From contig NW_021834292.1 of assembly GCF_006345805.1 (NCBI RefSeq), positions 1-51,108 on the forward strand: a DNA stretch of 51,108 nucleotides, read 5' to 3'. Origin of the DNA: Octopus sinensis (lineage: Eukaryota). The stretch's first letter is position 1, and every line of letters starts with the position of its first letter. The notes under the pieces are model-generated. The model did not search any database and was not told the DNA's origin. It saw only the letters and a program-made list of their open reading frames with translations. Shown here in pieces: positions 24,673 to 36,975 of this stretch. A program made the position numbers and the translations under genes.

Positions 24673-27250
24673 GAGTGACAAGAAGACGTACAACATAAAT
24701 GCAGACTGGATTATACAAACTGAAGGATCCTACCAAAATTTACAACAACAAGCATGGGAAGACATCACAATAGCAGACCTAAGAAAGGCACTCACGAAGG
24801 CCCATAATTGGAAATCCCCCGGTAAAGATAGGGTGCCGAATTTCTGGCTCGCATCGCTCCCATGCGCACACGGTAAGCTAGTTCAGCTGCTCAATGGAAT
24901 TATGAGAGACCCAAAGAAAACACCTGAATGGTTAGCAAGTGGCATTACTTACCTACTCCCAAAGAATAACGAAACCAACCTTCCAAAAAACTATCGGCCT
25001 ATAACCTGTCTATCCACCACGTATAAAATCCTAACATCTATCCTGGCGGAGAAAACATATGCATTCATGGAGAAGAACGATATTTTCCCCATTGAACAAA
25101 AAGGGTGCCGCCGAGGCTCTTACGGATGCAAAGATCAACTGCTAATCAATCGTATGATCCTTGAGAACTGTCACAACAAGCGCAGAAATCTCAGCACCGC
25201 ATGGATTGACTAGAAAAAGGCCTTCGACAGTATACCGCATCCATGGATCTTGAGATCGCTGGACATCTTCAAAATTTCCCCTGTGATTTCAAACTTCCTG
25301 AAGCACAATATGTCGTTGTGGAATACCACTCTAATTATACCACTCTAATGGAGTACTTGCCTCAGAAAATATAAACATCAACTGCGGAATTTTTCAAGGT
25401 GACTCACTTTCACCTTTAATATTCTGCATAGCCCTAATACCCCTTACAAGTGAATTAAACAGAACAGGGTATGGGTATAAAATTACCAATAAAAAAATAA
25501 GCCATCTATTTTATATAGATGACTTAAAACTTTATGGTAAAGACAATAATGAACTTGAAGGCCTATTGCGCACCGTGAAAGCATTCAGCGATGACATCGG
25601 GATGGAGTTTGGACTTGAGAAGTGTGCCAAGGCCACTTTCCAGAAAGGGAAAGTGAAGACCACAAATTCAGTCGTGTTAGATGTTGACACAGTCATAAGA
25701 GTGCTTGAGCAAGAACAAACATACAAATATTTAGGGATAAATGAAGGCTCTGGTATTCAGCATGCAAGCATGAAAGAGAAAACCAGGAAGGAATGTCATA
25801 GGAGAGTTCGTGCAGTCCTGAAATCTGAACTAAATGCACGTAACAAGGTGTTAGCTATAAATTCCTTAGCAGTTCCAGTTGTTACTTATAGCTACAATGT
25901 GTTGAACTGGAATATGAGTGAAGTAAAGAATATAGATAGAAAAATACGCAATCTGCTGAGCTGTAATAGGATGCACCACCCAAAGGCAGACGTAGATCGC
26001 CTTTACCTTCCCAGAGCCCAAGGAGGTCGAGGCCTGATCCAATTTGAACTAGCTTACAAAACAACCACAATTGCACTGGCCAAATATCTCGAAATATCGA
26101 ATGACTGGATGCTAAAGCTCGTGGAAAATCACGAGAGACGAAAGAAGCTTCATTCTATCATAAAGGAAAGCAAAAAATTTGCTATTGATCTCGTGCAGGA
26201 TACCCAAACTGAACAACCCGAGGGAAGTACGGCAACTATTGTTGCAAAGAAGGTGAAAATGATGGCAATGAAAAAAGCGCACGAGCAATCGGCTGATAGG
26301 TGGGAGGAGAAACCTCTGCACGGCAAATATGTGACCCGCAGCAAACAAGCTGATGTTGACCAGAAGCAAACCCATCAGTGGCTACGGAGCTCAGGGCTAA
26401 AAGCAGAGAGCGAAGGTTTCATCCTGGCTGCTCAAGATCAAAGCCTATTAACCCGGAACTACCAGGCCAATGTGATGAAAAATGGAGCAGACCCAAAATG
26501 CCGATTCTGCAACGACATGATTGAAACAGTGGACCACCAAATCTCTGGAAGTAAAGTCTTAGCACCAGTGGAGTATAAATTAAGACATGACAGAGTTGGC
26601 CAATGTCTCCACTGGCTAATAAGTCGGCATTACAATATCGAAACTGCCGACAAGTGGTATAATCACCACCCTGAGGCTGTAACTGAAGGAGAAAATGTAA
26701 CCATTCTGTGGGACTTTCCAGTACATACAGACCGAACCATCAAGGCCAATAAACCAGATATTGTTGTGAAAGACCAAAACAATAAAGTTTGCTTATTGAT
26801 CGACATGAGCATCCCCTGTGATCATAATATCTCAGCGAAAGAGTTTGACAAGCTCAGAAAATATAATGACCTACTCATTGAAATTGAGAAAATGTGGCAC
26901 CTCAAGGCGGTTACAATACCAGTGATCGTAGGAGCACTAGGAATGATCAAGAAGGGAACCGAAAATTATATGAGAATGATCCCTGGCTTACCATCCCTGC
27001 AAGAAGTGCAAAAGATTTCTTAACTGGTACATCACACGTATTGAGAAGAGCATTGTCGATGTGAGAACTGTTGCTGCTCATGTATTTTAATTTAACTTAA
27101 AAAAAAAATTAAAAAAAAAAAAAATGAACGAACTACTGAGTTTGGTTTAATGGCCTACCAATGTATACTATGAGTTTCTTTGCCCTAGGAGTCGGGAAGA
27201 CACTCGGCAAGAAATGGAAGCAAATTTGAAAGAAGAAAAAAAAAATAATA
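24671..27250 (+). mobile_element. Dong/R4-clade non-LTR retrotransposon, 5'-truncated (RT + CCHC knuckle + restriction-like endonuclease)
   Basis: WKSPGKD, YRPITCL, EQKGC, WID*KKAFDS (stop at 25211), frameshift near 25333, GIFQGDSLSP, HLFYIDDLKL, CRFC..H, WDFPV.TD...NKPDI, IDMSIP, K..KY, frameshift near 27020. (AAT)n at both ends. Confidence 0.93.
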
Positions 27251-27328
27251 ATAATAATAATAATAATAATATTAATAGTGGGGAGTATTAACATGTAACC
27301 TCGCAGGGGAAATATATACGTTCCTTGC

Positions 27329-27817
27329 GGAAAACAATCTTCTGCCAATAGAATAAAAGGGATGCCGAAAAGGATCCGACAAGGTTTTATAATGGAGAAC
27401 TGTAAACGGTACCAAAAAAAAAAAAATAGGCATGGTCTTGTTAGACTTCAAAGATGCTTATGACATGTGGGCCGCATTCAGCATCAATAGATATATCTTC
27501 CAAGGGAGATACATCTATTGATTGTTACCTCGGCTAAGTGCTGGTTGTTACAGGATAGACGCGTTTTCCGACTAGGCATGCTGTTCTTAATCAGTGCAGA
27601 CACGTTCATAGCTATTCCACACATGTCGAGTGTTTCCAAAATACACAAATGCGGCAACATGTCATAAGCATTTTTGAAGTCTATCAAGGCCATGCATATG
27701 TTTTTTTGGTACCGTTTACAGTTCTCCATTATAACCTTGTCTATCACATGATGGTTCTTGGTGCTCATGAATCCTTTTCGGCATCCCTTTTGTTCTATTG
27801 ACAGAAGATTGTTTTCC
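27329..27817. mobile_element. Fold-back (palindromic) pair of Dong/R4 RT fragments
   Basis: The minus arm encodes DKVIMENCKRYQKNICMALIDFKNAYDMLPH. The plus arm is a deleted inverted copy. Pivot at 27502-27503. Confidence 0.75.
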
Positions 27818-27849
27818 TCTGTTATTTGTTATAGCCTTGATCACACTCT

Positions 27850-28570
27850 CTGTAGTCCTATGTAAAATCAACGTGCACTATGAACTGAGAAAGAACGGAC
27901 CTAGTCTCAACCACCTCTTCTTCATGGATGATTTAAAACTGTCCACAAAATAAATAAAAAAAACAGAGCCTTAAATGTCGGCATTATAAAATCAAAATCG
28001 TTGACAAATGGTATAAACACCATTCTGAAGCTGTGACTGAGGGAGAAAATGTGTCGATTCTCTGGGACTTCCCCGTACATACCGACAAAACTATAAAATC
28101 TAATAAACCGGGTATTATTATAAAGGATCAGACAAAAAGGATGTGTTTACTAATTGACATGAGTATTCCTTGCGACCACAATATCGCTGCGAAAGAATTT
28201 GACAGGATCAGTAAATATAAAGACTTGCTAATAGAAATTGAAAAAATATGGCATCTCAAGGTGATCACAGTACCAGTGATTGCAGGGTCTCTAGGAATGA
28301 TAAAAAAAAAGGTATTGAAACCTATTTGAAACCTACAGGAAGTGCAAAAAATCGTATTAACTGGAACGACTCATGTACTGAGAAGAGCATTATCCCTGTT
28401 AAAAACAACATCTATTCATGAATTTGCTTATTTATTAATTTCTTTAAAAACATATTTTACCTGTAAATTTGCGTGTGTTATCTGTGAAGGCATACAATGA
28501 ACTTCTCTGCCCTAGGTGAACGGAAAACACTCGGCTAGAAATGGAAGAAAATTTGAAGAAAGAAGGAAAA
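27850..28570 (+). mobile_element. Internally deleted Dong/R4 copy, same subfamily as 24671-27250
   Basis: NHLFFMDDLKL is joined to RHY...KWYKHH.EAVTEGENVSILWDFPVHTDKTIK. The 3' UTR gccctagg...acactcggc.agaaatggaag is shared with about 27180-27225. Confidence 0.85.
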
Positions 28571-29214
28571 AATATTGGTAATGGTTTCAAATCAACAAAC
28601 AACTGTTTAAAGCAAAATCACGGGATAACTTTTGATGTGTTTATGTAATAAAATGAAACAAAATAAACACGCAGAAAGTAGACATTGGAATTCCAAATAA
28701 ATAACGAAAAGAAAGAAACCCCCCGCCCCACAAAACAATGACAACTACAAAATGGTAGAAGTAGTGACATTGGAGACACCAGAGAACCCTCAAAACTCCA
28801 TCCACTTCATTTTCTTCTCAGAGTATTGGCTTACTCCCGACTATAACCTTCAGACGAATGTAAACCACTGGCCGCCTTATGCACACAATAATCTCAGTAA
28901 ATTTGCTTGAAGTCAGATCTGAAGAAGCTGATGAGAATGTGGGAAGAGAGAACGAGCCTACAGTTCAATACTCAGCTTAAACTGCTTCAGGTCGCGTCCG
29001 CAATGTAATTTCAATCGAAATCGCCACCAGATAGGGAAACATTGCGAGTTTATACGTTGCTAAAATAGGGTGGAAGGAAAAATCTTTACAAGGGACTTGG
29101 CCGGCGGCTATATAAGTCTCGCGTGGGACAACGGCCGATCGACATAACACTACTTGTCAGTAATTCTCGTAAGTTGAACAACGAGTACATGAGGGACGGC
29201 TTGGTCGCTGTTCG

Positions 29215-29865
29215 ACAGAGAGGGAGGGAGAGAGAGAGAGGGTGGAGAGGGAAAAGGAGAGAGAGAAGGCAGACAGACAAACACAGAAGACAGAGAGATA
29301 GATAGAGATAGACACAGAGATAGACAGAGAAAGGGATAGAGAGACAAAGGTAAAGAGAGAGAGAAAGAGAGAAAGAGAGGAAGAGAGATAGGGAGATGGA
29401 GAGAGAGAAAAAGAGAGAGAAACAGGCAGACAAACAGAGACAGAAAGCAGAGAGATAGAGAGAGATAGACTTATAGACAGACAGAGAAAGAGATAGAGAG
29501 ACAATGGCAATGAGAAAGAAGGAGGAGAGAGGGGAGATTGAGAAAGAGAGAGAGAGAGGGAGGAGAGAGGAGAGATGCAGAAAAAGAAAGAGAGAGAGAA
29601 GGGGGGGACATTGAGGAAGAAAGAGAGAGAGAGAGGGGAGATGGAGAGAGTGTGATAGGCAGACAGACAGACACAGACAGAAGACAGAGAGATAGACAGA
29701 TACACTTAGAGACAAACAGAGAAAGAGATAGAGAGACAAAGGCAAAGAGAGAGTGAGAGAGAGAGAGGGAGAGAGCCAGAAAGATACAGAGAGACAGAGG
29801 AAGAGAGACAGAGGAAGAGAGACAGAGAGATACAGAGAGACAAAGATATGGAGAGGAAGATAGAG
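29215..29865. repeat. About 650-bp purine-rich (GA/GACA/GATA) degenerate tract
   Basis: The plus strand is almost entirely A/G. Confidence 0.9.
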
Positions 29866-30374
29866 TGTCTTTGGAGTTTTTAAATAACAGTTGTTGAAGT
29901 CGGATAATCTGTCTCAAATCATACCCTGTTATTTAGTTTTTTGTTGTTTTTTTTAGATAAAGAACACTGGATCTCGCTATAATATTTTTACCGTAGGTTT
30001 GTTCACAAAGGTCTGACCTGGGCCTAAACAACAACTGTAACTGCTAGTAATACTATTAATAGAATGTGATAAGCAGTATAGAATAAGCTGTATGAGACAT
30101 TAACGTTTACAGTCCATCTGTTCCTTCAGACAATTTGGCCAAGTGCTGCTACAAAATGGCATACACCTGAGTAATATTACATACCACACACCCATCGCGG
30201 CCCACTAAAGATGGTGTAGTCTCTTTTTTTGTCACGATGTACCTCTGGACGGTCGTCGAATGGATTTTGTGATTAAGTATTTTAGCGCCTCTTCAAAATC
30301 TAGCCTCTTTATTCATCGGAAATCTAGAGTTTCTTAACATGGCTTTTTTACTACTAATTTGTTCCAAATCTTGG

Positions 30375-30808
30375 CACAAGGCCAGCAATTTTAGGGAAAT
30401 GGGTAAGTCGATAAATCGATCCAGTGTCTAACTGGTCCTTATTTTAGCGACTACGAAAAGACGAAAGGCAAACACGACCTCGGCAGAATTTGAACTCTGA
30501 ACGTTAAGTTGAAAGGAATGCCGCTAAGTATTTTGTCCGGCGTGCTAACGATTCTGCCAGTTCACCATCTTAGGTTCTTAACTAATATTGGCTTCTAACT
30601 TTGAGACAAGGCCAGCAATTACGATGAAGGGCGCATGTCGATTATATTGACTCCAGTGCTCAACTGGTACTTATTTTATCGATCTCCGAAAGGATGAAAG
30701 ACAAAGTCGATCCCGGCGGCAACTGATCTCCAAACATAAAGTCAGAAGAAATACCGCTAAGCACATTCCCAGCGCTGTAACGCAGATACTGTCAGCTCGC
30801 CGCCTTAA
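30375..30808 (-). mobile_element. Two SINE family A copies
   Basis: gaatttgaactctgaacg and gaaaggatgaaagacaaagtcga bodies. The head ctcgccgcctt ends at 30806. Confidence 0.75.
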
Positions 30809-30835
30809 GTTCTTCACTAAAATTGACAGGCTGAA

Positions 30836-31389
30836 GGCGGCGAGCTGGCAGAAATGTTAGCGCGCTGGGCGAAATGCATAGCGGTATTTCGTCTGCGCCG
30901 AGGTCGACTTTACCTTTCATCCTTTCGGGGTCGATAAATTAAGTACCAGTTACGCACTGGGGTCGATGTAATCGACTTAATACCTATGTCTGTCCTTGTT
31001 TGTCTCCTCTGTGTTTAGCCCCTTGTGGGTAATAAAGAAATAGGTATTTCGTCTGTCTTTACGTTCTGAGTTCAAATTCTGCCGTGGTCGACTTTGCCTT
31101 TCATCCTTTTGGGGTCGGTTAAATAAGTACCAGTTACGCACCGTTATCGATGTAATCGACTTAATCCGTTTGCCTGTCCTTGTTTATCCCCTCTGTGTTT
31201 AGCCCCTTGTGGGTAGTAAAGAAATAGGTATTTCGTCTGCCGCTACGTTCTGAGTTCAAATTCCGTCGACTTTGCCTTTCATCCTTTCGGGGTCGATAAA
31301 TTAAGTACTAGTTGCGTACTAGAGTTGATCTAATCGACTGGACCCTCCCCCAAAATATCGGGCCTTGTACCTAGAGTAGTAAAGGAAAG
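30836..31389 (+). mobile_element. SINE family A three-unit nested array with 18-bp TSD
   Basis: taaaattgacaggctgaa at 30818-30835 and 31390-31407. Internal junctions aaagaaata|ggtatttcgtctg at 31043 and 31227. Confidence 0.9.
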
Positions 31390-31544
31390 TAAAATTGACA
31401 GGCTGAATACTTAGGAAGATTGTTTCGCAATTGTGAGGCTTCGGGTTCGATCTTGCAACATTTCATAACGGGTATAAGGTTTTAGCATAGCCTCAAATCA
31501 ATACAAACCTTGTAAGCGAAATTGGCAAGATAGAAATTATGGAC

Positions 31545-31920
31545 GCATATCGAATGAACTGAAGCTAGCGAAGAAGTTTAAGCATCTCGGGACTGAATTC
31601 ATGAATGATGGGAGGCAAGAGGCGGAATTGGATGCTAGAATTGCAGGAGTTGGTACAGTAGTGAACCAGCTTCGCATTCGATCCTCAGAAAAGGTTGGTT
31701 AAAAAAGCGAAACTCTGATTTCAGTTCGGTTTTTGTGTCTATCCTCACGTGTGGCTATGAATATTGAGTACGATCGGAAATATAGTCGACCGAAATAGGA
31801 TATGAAGTAGAATCTCACAATACTTCTTCGCATTCTGAGTCCGCAGCTCTGGTACTAGGAACACGTGGTTAAAATGTCGTAGGAAAGGATCGCAATACGG
31901 ATTCTCCAAGCCGAGCCAAC
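31545..31920 (+). mobile_element. RTE-clade (Rex3/Expander-like) RT fragment, decayed
   Basis: EKFKHLGTEFMNDGRQEAELDARIAGVG, then KAKL.IFSSVFVSILTCGYE-like pieces across frameshifts. Confidence 0.55.
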
Positions 31921-32284
31921 TAGCAAGAGACTGAGTTGTAGACCAACTATATCCATAGTCTTAGTTGATCTTGCTTAGGAATTCATCGGGAAAGTCTAAT
32001 GGCAATAGCTTCTAATAGGACTCTATTCTACCACGGAGAAAATGGGTGAAGGGAATGAGGTTACTCTTATATGAGCAATTATATCGTATAAATATCATTC
32101 GAGCAATACCTCAGATAAATAAAACCAATTAAAATTGTTAAAATTAGAACCCTCGTCGTCTTGACCGACAGTGCCAGTATATATAAAAATCAGGAAAAAA
32201 AAAGAAATTAACAAAGAAAAGCTAATTAAGTATAGATATGGTGTTTAACACAGAGAAGTAGGCGCCGGTATGGCTGTATAGTTA

Positions 32285-32516
32285 AGGCGGCGAGCTGGCA
32301 GAAACGTTAGCACGTCGGGCGAAATGCTTAGCGGTATTTCGGCTGCCGTTACGTTGTGAGTTCAAATTCCGCCGAGGTCGACTTTGCCTTTCATCCTTTC
32401 GGGGTCGATAAATTAAGTACCAGTTACGCACTGGGGTCGATGTAATCGACTTAATACCTATGTCTGTCCTTGTTTGTCCCCTCTGTGTTTAGCCCCTTGT
32501 GGGTAATAAAGAAATA
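32285..32516 (+). mobile_element. Full-length SINE family A with perfect 20-bp TSD, inserted in a family B SINE head
   Basis: ggtatggctgtatagttaag at 32267-32286 and 32517-32536. A box, B box gagttcaaattcc, and tail ending aaagaaata. The host continues gaagctcactttg...cggcatcttgggtaaatg. Confidence 0.92.
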
Positions 32517-32624
32517 GGTATGGCTGTATAGTTAAGAAGCTCACTTTGTAATCACATAACTTCAGGTTAGCCTGAACGCACGGCATCTTGGGTAAATGTT
32601 TCTCACTATAGCTGCAGGTCGACT

Positions 32625-32935
32625 GGCACTCCATCGGTTACGCAGACGAGGGTTCCAGTTGATCCAATCAATGGAACAGCCGCCTGCTCATGAAATTAAC
32701 GTCCAAGTGGCTGAGCACTCCACAGACATGTGTACCCTTAAAGTAGTTCTCAAGGAGATTTAGCACGACACAGAGAACGGAAAGGGAAGCCCTTTGAAAT
32801 ACAGGCAATATTCAGTGGACTGGAACGATGCGAATTAAAGTGTCTTGCTCAAGGAAACAACGCGTCACCAGGAATCGAACTCACAACCTTACGATAGTGA
32901 GACGAATGCCCTAACCACTAAGCCACGGGCCTTCA
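32625..32935 (-). mobile_element. SINE family C
   Basis: Plus strand gtgtcttgctcaagg...ggaatcgaactc...ctaaccactaagcc. The 3' part matches 50560-50710. Confidence 0.7.
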
Positions 32936-32938
32936 CTA

Positions 32939-33007
<69 letters not shown>

Positions 33008-33299
33008 CTACATACATACGCACGCACCCACACACACATATATATACACTGACATTTGTATATATACGTATGTATGTGTGTGACAGTGTTTCTGTCTGTC
33101 CATTACCACCACCACTTGACAACGGTGTTGGTTTGTTTACATCTTCGTAACATTAACGGCTCGACCAAAAGAAACCGATAGAATCAGTACCAGGCTTTAA
33201 AATAGCGCTGTGGCCAATGATTTCGATTAAATCCTTCAAGGTGGTTCTCCAGCATAGCCATAGCCCAATGACTGAAACACGTAGAAAGTAAAATTAATA

Positions 33300-33350
<51 letters not shown>

Positions 33351-33352
<2 letters not shown>

Positions 33353-33827
33353 TGTCTTGGTATAAAAGATGGGCTACAGCAAATATTCTGCTCAATACCA
33401 CAGATTTGCTTGTCAGTTGTTTGACCTTAACCAGTTGAGCATGTCCCTTAGTGGCTGACGATATGTGCATCTCTGATCACGAGCAGAAGTAGTGGGGGAG
33501 CATCATAGCCATGTGTTGAGAGGGATTCTTTGGGGTTTGAATAATTCACCTCTGGAAACATGGGTGGTTCTTTAACATCCTTAAACAACCCTTATTCAGG
33601 GACTTTTTGAGCGGGATGGGCTACTCAACCTGAAGAAAATTCTAACTGGGCCCCACCTGCAAGGTCATGTGCTGTTTATCTTGATATGAGATCACCATGT
33701 CGCGCACATATGGTTGTGATGCATGTGCCTGGTGTACCTTTATCAGACGGGTAGTCATGATGGGTATATTGGGCTTCGTATATTTTACCCCAGTGTCACT
33801 TTGATGGCATGCACTGCTCTCTCACTC

Positions 33828-33858
<31 letters not shown>

Positions 33859-34402
33859 TAATAATAATATAATAATAATAATATATAATAATAATAAAAT
33901 AATAATAATAATAATAATAATAATAATTGTCTTGGTATAAAAGATGGGCTACAGCAAATATTCTGCTCAATACCACAGATTTGCTTGTCAGTTGTTTGAC
34001 CTTAACCAGTTGAGCATGTCCCTTAGTGGCTGACGATATGTGCATCTCTGATCACGAGCAGAAGTAGTGGGGGAGCATCATAGCCATGTGTTGAGAGGGA
34101 TTCTTTGGGGTTTGAATAATTCACCTCTGGAAACATGGGTGGTTCTTTAACATCCTTAAACAACCCTTATTCAGGGACTTTTTGAGCGGGATGGGCTACT
34201 CAACCTGAAGAAAATTCTAACTGGGCCCCACCTGCAAGGTCATGTGCTGTTTATCTTGATATGAGATCACCATGTCGCGCACATATGGTTGTGATGCATG
34301 TGCCTGGTGTACCTTTATCAGACGGGTAGTCATGATGGGTATATTGGGCTTCGTATATTTTACCCCAGTGTCACTTTGATGGCATGCACTGCTCTCTCAC
34401 TC

Positions 34403-34433
<31 letters not shown>

Positions 34434-35000
34434 TAATAATAATATAATAATAATAATATATAATAATAATAAAATAATAATAATAATAATAATAATAATA
34501 ATTGTCTTGGTATAAAAGATGGGCTACAGCAAATATTCTGCTCAATACCACAGATTTGCTTGTCAGTTGTTTGACCTTAACCAGTTGAGCATGTCCCTTA
34601 GTGGCTGACGATATGTGCATCTCTGATCACGAGCAGAAGTAGTGGGGGAGCATCATAGCCATGTGTTGAGAGGGATTCTTTGGGGTTTGAATAATTCACC
34701 TCTGGAAACATGGGTGGTTCTTTCAACATCCTTAAACAACCCTTATTCAGGGACTTTTTGAGCGGGATGGGCTACTCAACCTGAAGAAAATTCTAACTGG
34801 GCCCCACCTGCAAGGTCATGTGCTGTTTATCTTGATATGAGATCACCATGTCGCGCACATATGGTTGTGATGCATGTGCCTGGTGTACCTTTATCAGACG
34901 GGTAGTCATGATGGGTATATTGGGCTTCGTATATTTTACCCCAGTGTCACTTTGATGGCATGCACTGCTCTCTCACTCAATAATAATAATAATAATAATA

Positions 35001-35052
<52 letters not shown>
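33351..35052 (+). repeat. Tandem triplication (575-bp period) of an approximately 475-bp non-coding element plus (AAT)n spacer
   Basis: attgtcttggtataaaagatggg starts at 33351, 33926 and 34501. Copies 1 and 2 appear identical, including spacer interruptions. Copy 3 has one extra C at 34724. Confidence 0.93.
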
Positions 35053-35055
<3 letters not shown>

Positions 35056-36304
35056 TCTACGTAGTTGAGATCTGAAAGAAATAATTAGTTACAAGATATG
35101 CGTAAAAGGAGGTCATACAGTAGCATGAAAAAGGAAAGAATGATAACAGATTAAGATAGCATAAGGCAAAAGTCGGAGTATTAAGATTGTTAACGCTTGA
35201 AATAATTACAGTGACTAGGCAAAATATTTTGGAGCAATAACTGATAAAAAATAATTGAGAGCAGTAAGGAAAAAATTTGTGTATCTGGACTAGTAGTAGA
35301 TGTTTCCAATGAGTATGGTGCCGCTTATCAAGCGTCGATTATTCGACGCTGATTTATATGACATCCAATGTCTTATTGTTTCTCTCATTTTGATATTTAT
35401 TTCGTTCTCTCTCCTCCTTCTCACTGCCCCTTTCTCTTTCTCATTGTCGTTAACTCTTTCTCCCTGTCTCCTCTTATTCACTGTCTTCTTTTTCTCACTC
35501 ACGCCTCTCTCTCTCCTTCTCTCTTTTTCTCTCTCTTAGTCTCTCTATCTATATATGGCGTACAACTGTGCTTTCTTTCAGTATGAAAACAGGTTGAATG
35601 TCCATTGCCAAATCCACAATGTCCAAACAGCGACGCAAAATCGTTACATTCCGGTTTCCTGTGTCAGAGTTTGTTGGTGGATGAATCATTATCTTCAATG
35701 TAAAGTCGCAGATTTGTTGTAGTGGCAGGATTCAGGGACCATATGTTTACACGAAGAAATCATTTCCATGTATTTATGTAGTACATCGCCCTTTATAGGT
35801 ATATTTTCTGGCAAGAACAAATTGCATTGTCCCTTACTTCCAGAATAGTACCTGACCTTAAAAACTACAGTCTGTCTGCGAATGTAGTTTAATAGTTTTC
35901 GCCTTTTGCTCACAGAAAATTTCAAGAGATATACTTTTTATTACTCCAGTTTCTAAATGTGTGAGTATGATTGTAGTAACGTAGTTTAAATATGGAAAAG
36001 GAATAACTAATGGTAATATTACATTGGTGGGCTTTGTAAGTATTTTGATGTTTAACGTCTGAAATGTATTTCCTAAGTTGCAGTTGCAATCGATAATCCT
36101 GTGTGTGTTAGCAATTCAGCTTTTGTAAGGTGGTGGGCGGTAGGTTTTGAGAAAAGACAGGCGAGGGAGTCAAATAATTTTAAAGATAGTATATACGCAA
36201 CACTTGCATGCACGCATGCATATACGCACGTACGCATGCTAGCACGCACACACAGACATACATGCACACACCTGTCTTTCTACCTATCTGTTTATCTGTC
36301 TCTC

Positions 36305-36357
<53 letters not shown>

Positions 36358-36610
36358 ATATGTATATATCTCTATCTATATCTATATATTCTTGTGTGCG
36401 TGTGTATGCGTATATGTATGCGTATATATATATATATGTGTGGTGTGTGTGTGTGTGTATGTGCGTGTGGTATATAGTTTATTCTTTTGAAGCTGTAACT
36501 TTTTTGTCGCGACGAAAAGAAGCCTTTATTTCACAATAAAGTGTAAACATTCAAACTTGTATGCTCACATACTCACACACATATATACATATATATCACA
36601 TATTTATATG

Positions 36611-36733
<123 letters not shown>

Positions 36734-36930
36734 TACATATATATATATATAGCAAGAGAGAGAGAGAGAAAAGTGAGAGGTAGAGAGAAAAGTGAGTGAG
36801 AGAGAGAACATATACTCAGATAAATAAGCCAAATAAATCGTAAGATTAAGTTTAAAAGTTGCCCAGTCGTATAAAATAATAACTTTCTCTCTAATATATA
36901 CATAAGATTATATGTATGTATGTATGTATG

Positions 36931-36975
<45 letters not shown>

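Noticed and set aside
32285-32375. tRNA gene
   Set aside because: The A and B boxes belong to SINE heads. No cloverleaf, and the same sequence recurs about 20 times with a SINE body.
35695-35925. 76-aa non-repetitive minus-strand ORF
   Set aside because: No recognisable motif and no clear splice boundaries; the length is expected by chance.
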